Of a DNA stretch of 64,000 nucleotides, positions 56,463 through 64,000 are shown piece by piece (position 1 is the first letter of the stretch; every line of letters starts with the position of its first letter). Position numbers and translations under genes: made by a program. The notes under the pieces are model-generated. The model was given only the letters and a program-made list of their open reading frames with translations. It was not told the DNA's origin and made no database searches. This stretch comes from an uncultured Pelagibacteraceae bacterium (GTDB taxonomy: Bacteria; Pseudomonadota; Alphaproteobacteria; Pelagibacterales; Pelagibacteraceae): assembly GCA_902526595.1 (NCBI GenBank), contig CABZLO010000002.1, forward strand, positions 19,937 to 83,936. The letters run 5' to 3'.

Positions 56463-57182
56463 ATGAAAGTAGAAATAATTTCATGTCTCCAAGATAATTA
56501 TAGTTATTTAATTATAGATGAAACTAACAATTTAGCATGTATTGTTGACCCAAGCGAGGCCAGTCCAGTAATTGATTATCTAAAAAATAAAAATATTAAT
56601 CTAAAATATATTTTAAATACTCATCATCATTTTGATCATATTGGAGGTAATAAGGAATTAAAAAAAAAATATAATAGTATTGTTGTTGGCTTTAAACATG
56701 ATTCAGAAAGAATTCCAGAAATTGATATTTGTCTTGAAGACAATGAAATATGGAAAAGTGATAATTTTGTAGCTAAAATAATTCATGTTCCAGGACATAC
56801 TAAGGGCCATATTTGTTTTCATTTTTATAAAGATAAATTACTATTTAGTGGAGATACTCTTTTTTCCCTTGGCTGTGGGAGAATTTTTGAAGGTACCTAC
56901 GAACAAATGTTTAGTTCTTTAAATAAGATTAAAACTATGCCTCTTGATACTCAAATTTATTGTGGTCACGAATATACTCTTAACAATTCGAAATTTTGTA
57001 TCAAGCATGACTCTGAAAATTTGAATCTAAAAAAAAAAATACAAAATATTCACATAAAGTTAAAAAAAAGCTTGCCCACAATTCCATCTACTCTTAAAGA
57101 TGAATTGGATTGCAATATTTTTCTAAGAGCAAAAGACGTTAAAACCTTTTCAAAACTACGAGATTTAAAGGATAATTTCTAG
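56463..57182 (+). CDS. gloB: Hydroxyacylglutathione hydrolase (glyoxalase II)
   Basis: DNYSY, THHHFDHIGG, PGHT.GH, GDTLF..GCGR, CGHEYT. Confidence 0.95.
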   Translation: MKVEIISCLQDNYSYLIIDETNNLACIVDPSEASPVIDYLKNKNINLKYILNTHHHFDHIGGNKELKKKYNSIVVGFKHDSERIPEIDICLEDNEIWKSDNFVAKIIHVPGHTKGHICFHFYKDKLLFSGDTLFSLGCGRIFEGTYEQMFSSLNKIKTMPLDTQIYCGHEYTLNNSKFCIKHDSENLNLKKKIQNIHIKLKKSLPTIPSTLKDELDCNIFLRAKDVKTFSKLRDLKDNF

Positions 57183-57191
57183 TTAATTCGG

Positions 57192-57220
57192 CTTGACTAA
57201 AACTTAGCTACAACTATATT
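57192..57220 (+). promoter_or_regulatory. Sigma70 promoter of the rplU operon
   Basis: CTTGAC-N16-CTATATT, close to the alphaproteobacterial housekeeping consensus. Confidence 0.6.
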
Positions 57221-57247
57221 GCGGATACTTAAATAAATATTCATACT

Positions 57248-57646
57248 ATGTCTTATGCAGTTATAAAAACAGGTGGAAAACAATACAAAGTTAAGTCTGG
57301 AGAAATTCTTAAGGTAGAAAAGCTACCTGATTCAAAACCTGAAATAAAAATTGAATTTAATGAAATCCTTGCATATGGGGATGATAAATCTATTGAGGTC
57401 GGAGCTCCTCATGTAAGTGGTGCAAAAGTCGAAGCTGATCTGATTAAAAACAGTAAAAATAGAACAATACTAATTTTTAAAAAAAGAAGAAGACACAATT
57501 CAAGAAGAAAAAATGGTCATCGACAAGAGTATTCTATGATAAGAATAAATAAAATTTTTTCAAAAGATGGTAAAGTTTTATCTGAAGCTGAAAAAGTTTC
57601 TAAAAAGCCAAAAAAAGAAGAAATTAAAGAAGCGGTAAGTAAATAA
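57248..57646 (+). CDS. rplU: 50S ribosomal protein L21
   Basis: [30 protein letters not shown]; charged C-terminal extension. Confidence 0.97.
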   Translation: MSYAVIKTGGKQYKVKSGEILKVEKLPDSKPEIKIEFNEILAYGDDKSIEVGAPHVSGAKVEADLIKNSKNRTILIFKKRRRHNSRRKNGHRQEYSMIRINKIFSKDGKVLSEAEKVSKKPKKEEIKEAVSK

Positions 57647-57659
57647 AACAAGGTAAATT

Positions 57660-57914
57660 ATGGCAACAAAAAAAGCAGGTGGATCATCAAGAAACGGACG
57701 AGATAGTGCCGGACGAAGATTGGGTGTTAAAAAATATGGTGGTGAAACAGTCGTACCTGGTAATATAATTGTAAGACAAAGAGGAACTAAAATTTTTCCT
57801 GGTGAGAATGTAGGTATGGGTAAAGATCATTCTATTTTTTCAGTAGTTAAAGGCAAAGTTGTATTCAAAAAATCAAAAGCAGATAGAACTTTCGTTTCAG
57901 TAAAACCCAATTAA
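57660..57914 (+). CDS. rpmA: 50S ribosomal protein L27
   Basis: [32 protein letters not shown]. Confidence 0.98.
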   Translation: MATKKAGGSSRNGRDSAGRRLGVKKYGGETVVPGNIIVRQRGTKIFPGENVGMGKDHSIFSVVKGKVVFKKSKADRTFVSVKPN

Positions 57915-57917
57915 TAG

Positions 57918-60021
<2,104 letters not shown>

Positions 60022-61272
60022 ATGATCAAATATATGAATTTAGTTGGAAGAAAAGCAAGAAAAGCTTTTGAACAGAAAATTGATACAAAAATTAAAAATA
60101 AAGTATTAAATAAATACGCAGAATTATTAGGTAATAAAAAAAAATTAATACTTAAGCAAAACTTAAAAGATGCAAATTACGCCAGAAAAATAGGTATTAA
60201 AAATAATTTAATTAGTAGACTTTTAATAAATGAAACTAAATTAAAAAATATTCAAAATTCAATTATTAAAATTGCAAAATTAAAAGATCCAGTTGGTAAT
60301 ACTTTAGAAAAATGGAAAAGGCCTAATGGTTTGAATATTAGTAAAATATCAATACCTATAGGAGTAATTGGAGTTATTTATGAGAGTAGGCCAAACGTTA
60401 CCTCGGATGTAGCTAGTCTATGCTTTAAATCTGGAAATCCAGTAATTTTGAAAGGTGGTTCAGAAGCAATAAATACTAATAGAATTTTAGCAAAGATTTT
60501 TCGAAAAGCACTTAAAGTTAATAAAGTTGACGAAAACTTTATTCAATTCATTGATACAAAACAGAGAAGAGTAGTGGATATTATGCTATCAGGTATGAAA
60601 AAATATATTGATGTAATAATTCCGCGAGGTGGAAAAAATTTAGTAAAAAGAGTTCAAGATTTATCTAGTGTACCCATTATTGGGCACCTTGAAGGACTTT
60701 GTCACACATATGTTGATAAAGATGCAAGTTTAACTATGGCAAAAAAAGTTGTTTATAATGCAAAATTAAGAAATACAAGTATTTGCGGTGCCACAGAAAC
60801 TATTCTGATTCATAAAAAAGTTGCAAATGGCTTCTGTAACCCAATTTTGAACGAGCTACAAAATAAAAATTGCAAAATATATGGAGATAGATTTTTAAAA
60901 AAGTATTACAGAGGGAAAATATTGCCAGCTAAAGAAAAAAATTGGTCTACAGAATATTTAGCACCTGCAGTATCAGTAAAAATTGTAAATAATCTTGAAG
61001 AAAGTATTGATCACATAAACAAATATGGAACAATGCATACTGATTGTATAATTACAAATAATAAAAAAACAGCCAAAAACTTTTTAAGAAATATTAAAAG
61101 CTCAATTGCTATGCATAATACATCAACTCAATTTGCTGATGGTGGAGAATTTGGATTTGGTGGAGAAGTAGGAATTTCTACAAATATATTACCTCCAAGA
61201 GGACCTGTAGGATTAAATCAATTAGTTTCTTATAAATATGAAATTACGAGTAAAGGAAAAACAAGAAAATAA
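60022..61272 (+). CDS. proA: Glutamate-5-semialdehyde dehydrogenase
   Basis: IYESRPNVT, LKGGSEA, IPRGG, ICGATE, FADGGEFGFGGEVGIST, RGPVGL. Confidence 0.96.
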   Translation: MIKYMNLVGRKARKAFEQKIDTKIKNKVLNKYAELLGNKKKLILKQNLKDANYARKIGIKNNLISRLLINETKLKNIQNSIIKIAKLKDPVGNTLEKWKRPNGLNISKISIPIGVIGVIYESRPNVTSDVASLCFKSGNPVILKGGSEAINTNRILAKIFRKALKVNKVDENFIQFIDTKQRRVVDIMLSGMKKYIDVIIPRGGKNLVKRVQDLSSVPIIGHLEGLCHTYVDKDASLTMAKKVVYNAKLRNTSICGATETILIHKKVANGFCNPILNELQNKNCKIYGDRFLKKYYRGKILPAKEKNWSTEYLAPAVSVKIVNNLEESIDHINKYGTMHTDCIITNNKKTAKNFLRNIKSSIAMHNTSTQFADGGEFGFGGEVGISTNILPPRGPVGLNQLVSYKYEITSKGKTRK

Positions 61273-61273
61273 A

Positions 61274-61795
61274 TTGAATACTAAAAAAATCAAAATCGGG
61301 GTTCTGGGAGGTTCTTTTGATCCTGCACATAAAGGACACTTAGCAATATCTAAAGAAGCAAAAAAGAGATTTCAACTTCAGAATATAATCTGGGCTATAA
61401 CAAAAAAAAATCCCTTTAAAGCTGAAAGTGAAACAACGGTTTTAAAAAGAATTAAAGGATGTAGACGTATTATTGGCTCAAATTCATTTATAAAAGTGAA
61501 ATTTTATGAAAACTTAATTAAATCAAACAAAACCATTGATCTCATCAACCACTTAAAAAAAAATAAAAATATTGAAATCTATTTTTTAATGGGTGCAGAT
61601 AATTTAATCAGCTTCCACAAGTGGTATAAATCGAAATTAATTTCGCAAAAATGCAACATTTTAGTATTTGATCGTCATGGATATAAAAAAAATTCATTAA
61701 AATCAAAGACATTTAAGCAGCTTGATAAAGATGTACTTAAATTTATTGAATTTAAAAAGGTCAACATTTCATCTTCTCAATTAAGAAAAATTTGA
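61274..61795 (+). CDS. nadD: Nicotinate-nucleotide adenylyltransferase
   Basis: GGSFDPAHKGH, LMGADNL, ISSSQLR. In-frame TTG at 61274 lies right after the proA stop (ORF track starts at 61238). Confidence 0.92.
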   Translation: MNTKKIKIGVLGGSFDPAHKGHLAISKEAKKRFQLQNIIWAITKKNPFKAESETTVLKRIKGCRRIIGSNSFIKVKFYENLIKSNKTIDLINHLKKNKNIEIYFLMGADNLISFHKWYKSKLISQKCNILVFDRHGYKKNSLKSKTFKQLDKDVLKFIEFKKVNISSSQLRKI

Positions 61796-61812
61796 TAGTC
61801 TAAAGCTAATTA

Positions 61813-62163
61813 ATGGATAAAATTTCAGATCTTAAAAAGATTGTCATCAACACTCTCGATCTTAATAAAGCACAGGACATAATAACAATTGATTTAAAAG
61901 ATAAGAGTTCAATGGCCGATTATATGATTATTGCCAGCGGCACCTCTTCAAGACATATTCAGTCATTATCAGAACAAGTTTTAGAAAAACTAAAAAAAAA
62001 TGGAGTTCCAGACTCTAAGATTGAAGGAAAACAAAGTAATGAATGGAAATTAGTTGATGGTATAGATTTAATTGTTCATATTTTTCATCCTGAAAAAAGA
62101 AAATTTTATGAGCTTGAGAAAATTTGGTCAGAATTTATTCCAAAAGAAAAAGTTATGATATGA
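61813..62163 (+). CDS. rsfS: Ribosome silencing factor RsfS (iojap)
   Basis: KAQDI, IASGTSSRH, WKLVD, VHIF...R.FYELEKIW. Confidence 0.95.
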   Translation: MDKISDLKKIVINTLDLNKAQDIITIDLKDKSSMADYMIIASGTSSRHIQSLSEQVLEKLKKNGVPDSKIEGKQSNEWKLVDGIDLIVHIFHPEKRKFYELEKIWSEFIPKEKVMI

Positions 62164-63299
62164 AATTATTTAAAACATATTTAATAATTTTTTTATCGGT
62201 TTTTTTTTTTAATAGCAGCGTGAATACAGCTGAGACTGATATTTATAAAAAAATTGATCTTTTTGGTGAAGTCCTAGAAAAAATAAATAAAGAGTACGTA
62301 GATGAGATAAATCAGTCTGAAAGCATGGACTCGGCTATCAATGGTCTCCTTCAATCTCTTGATCCTTACTCCGCATATATGTCACCAAAAATTCTTGAGC
62401 AGATGCAAACAGAGACAAGTGGTGAATTTGGAGGTCTAGGTATTGAAGTAAGTATGGAGGCTGGCGTAGTTAAGGTAATATCACCTATAGACGATACACC
62501 CGCTTCAAAGGCAGGACTAAAAGCTGGTGACTACATTGTAAAAATAAATAATATTCAAGTACAAGGTAAGTCTTTAGCGGAAGCTGTAGATTTGATGAGG
62601 GGGCCGGTTGGTTCTGGAATAGAACTAACGGTGAGGCGAAGAGGAGAAAAAAAAGCACTAACATTCAATATTGTAAGAGAAATAATAGAAATTAAATCAG
62701 TCAAATCTGAAATTTTAGAAAATAATATAGGATATATAAGACTTACATCATTTAATGAAAATAGTAGCGATCAAATTGAAAAACAGGTTAAAAAATTAAA
62801 AAAAAATGAAAGTGTAAATGCGTTTATTCTAGATCTAAGGAATAATCCAGGAGGACTATTATCTCAAGCTATAACAATCTCAGATTTTTTTTTAGATAAC
62901 GGGGAGATAGTATCTACAAAAAGTAGAAAAAAATCAGAAAATAGAAAATGGTTTGCTAAAAAAGGAGATATTACAGATGGAAAAACATTGTTGGTATTGA
63001 TTAATTACGGTTCAGCCTCTGCCTCTGAAATAGTGGCTGGTGCACTTAAGGACCATAAAAGAGCAATAATTGTTGGAGAAAACAGTTATGGAAAAGGATC
63101 TGTACAATCTATCATTCCACTTAAAAATAAAGGTGCTATACGATTAACTGTTGCAAAATATTATCTGCCATCTGGAAAGTCTATTTCTGAGGTAGGTGTT
63201 AGACCTGATATTGAAATCAATGAAGATGGGGATGATTTTAAGATAAAGAGTGACACAGACAATCAACTAAGTTACGCCATTAAGTTACTCAACGGATAA
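62160..63299 (+). CDS. ctpA: Carboxyl-terminal processing protease (S41A, PDZ)
   Basis: Signal/TM segment, LDPYS, GEFGGLG, DLRNNPGG, SASASEI, GKGSVQ; ATGA overlap with the rsfS stop. Confidence 0.93.
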   Translation: MKLFKTYLIIFLSVFFFNSSVNTAETDIYKKIDLFGEVLEKINKEYVDEINQSESMDSAINGLLQSLDPYSAYMSPKILEQMQTETSGEFGGLGIEVSMEAGVVKVISPIDDTPASKAGLKAGDYIVKINNIQVQGKSLAEAVDLMRGPVGSGIELTVRRRGEKKALTFNIVREIIEIKSVKSEILENNIGYIRLTSFNENSSDQIEKQVKKLKKNESVNAFILDLRNNPGGLLSQAITISDFFLDNGEIVSTKSRKKSENRKWFAKKGDITDGKTLLVLINYGSASASEIVAGALKDHKRAIIVGENSYGKGSVQSIIPLKNKGAIRLTVAKYYLPSGKSISEVGVRPDIEINEDGDDFKIKSDTDNQLSYAIKLLNG

Positions 63300-63300
63300 C

Positions 63301-63774
63301 ATGGATAAGAAATATAGTAGCTTACCACTAAGAAGTGGTGTGGGAATTGTAGTTTTAAATGAAGAAAATAAAGTATTCGTAGCTAAGAGAATTGATAATC
63401 CAAAAGATTTTTGGCAGATGCCTCAGGGAGGAGTTGACTCTGGTGAAGATTTTTTAAAGGCTGCTTATAGAGAGCTAGAAGAGGAAACTAGTATCAAAAG
63501 TGTCAAACTTATCAGAGAGTTAGATGGCACGATAACTTATGAACTTCCAGAACGTCTGTTAGGTATTATTTGGAAGGGTAAATATAGAGGGCAGAAACAA
63601 AAATGGTTTTTAATGAGATTTACTGGTGAGGATAAGGAAATTAATATTAACACACATCATCCAGAGTTTTTAGATTGGAAATGGATAGAGCTAGATCAAT
63701 TAACTAATGTAGTAGTAGATTTTAAGTTGCATGTATACAAAGAGGTACAAAAAAAAGTGGAAAAATTAATCTAA
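63301..63774 (+). CDS. rppH: RNA pyrophosphohydrolase (Nudix)
   Basis: WQMPQGGVD.GE....AAYRELEEET, YRGQKQKWF, PEF..W.W, FK..VY. Confidence 0.95.
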   Translation: MDKKYSSLPLRSGVGIVVLNEENKVFVAKRIDNPKDFWQMPQGGVDSGEDFLKAAYRELEEETSIKSVKLIRELDGTITYELPERLLGIIWKGKYRGQKQKWFLMRFTGEDKEININTHHPEFLDWKWIELDQLTNVVVDFKLHVYKEVQKKVEKLI

Positions 63775-64000
63775 TTGATCGTTTTTAAAACTTCGATTTT
63801 CTGATCAATTATATACCTAGACTGATCACTTATTTCTTCCTTACCAGATTCTTCCTCAGCTTGTTTCAATAAATCTTGTTGTTTGGATTTATCCATATCA
63901 GCAATATTAAATATGGAGCTAGTTAGAATTGAAAGATTATTATTTTTAAATTCAACAATGCCATCTTCAATATAATAACTTTCATTACCTGATTTTGATA
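63771..64000 (-). CDS. atpC: F0F1 ATP synthase epsilon subunit, C-terminal part (truncated by the window edge)
   Basis: Manual minus-strand translation SKSGNESYYIEDGIVEFKNNNLSILTSS...IDQKIEVLKTIN* fits the epsilon beta-sandwich end plus helical hairpin. Confidence 0.75.
   Translation of the reverse strand, partial: SKSGNESYYIEDGIVEFKNNNLSILTSSIFNIADMDKSKQQDLLKQAEEESGKEEISDQSRYIIDQKIEVLKTIN

Overview
Strongly AT-rich, very gene-dense chromosomal segment with short or overlapping intergenic spacers. Gene content and order (groEL, typA, tldD/pmbA, chvI-chvG-ahcY-tsaE-amgK-murU, regA, class I lysS, metX with a SAM-II riboswitch, rplU-rpmA-obgE-proB-proA-nadD-rsfS-ctpA-rppH, atpC) point to a streamlined marine alphaproteobacterium, most likely Pelagibacteraceae/SAR11 (inference). 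About 60 CDS, mostly housekeeping. No tRNA, rRNA, CRISPR, integrase or transposase was seen. The most notable items are: an RND periplasmic adaptor whose alpha-helical hairpin is entirely missing, with no TolC gene in the locus; a four-gene polyamine operon (ODC-fold decarboxylase, deoxyhypusine-synthase-like enzyme, aguB, aguA) with a structured leader; a 38-aa Lys-rich microprotein ORF after groEL that is absent from the ORF track; a 411-aa Lys-rich coiled-coil unknown; a Pam18/Tim14-like J-protein; a ROSE-type thermometer on ibpA; a SAM-II riboswitch with an atypical 3' strand; and an ampG broken by two +1 T homopolymer frameshifts. All calls come from motif recognition by eye; no database searches or folding calculations were run.
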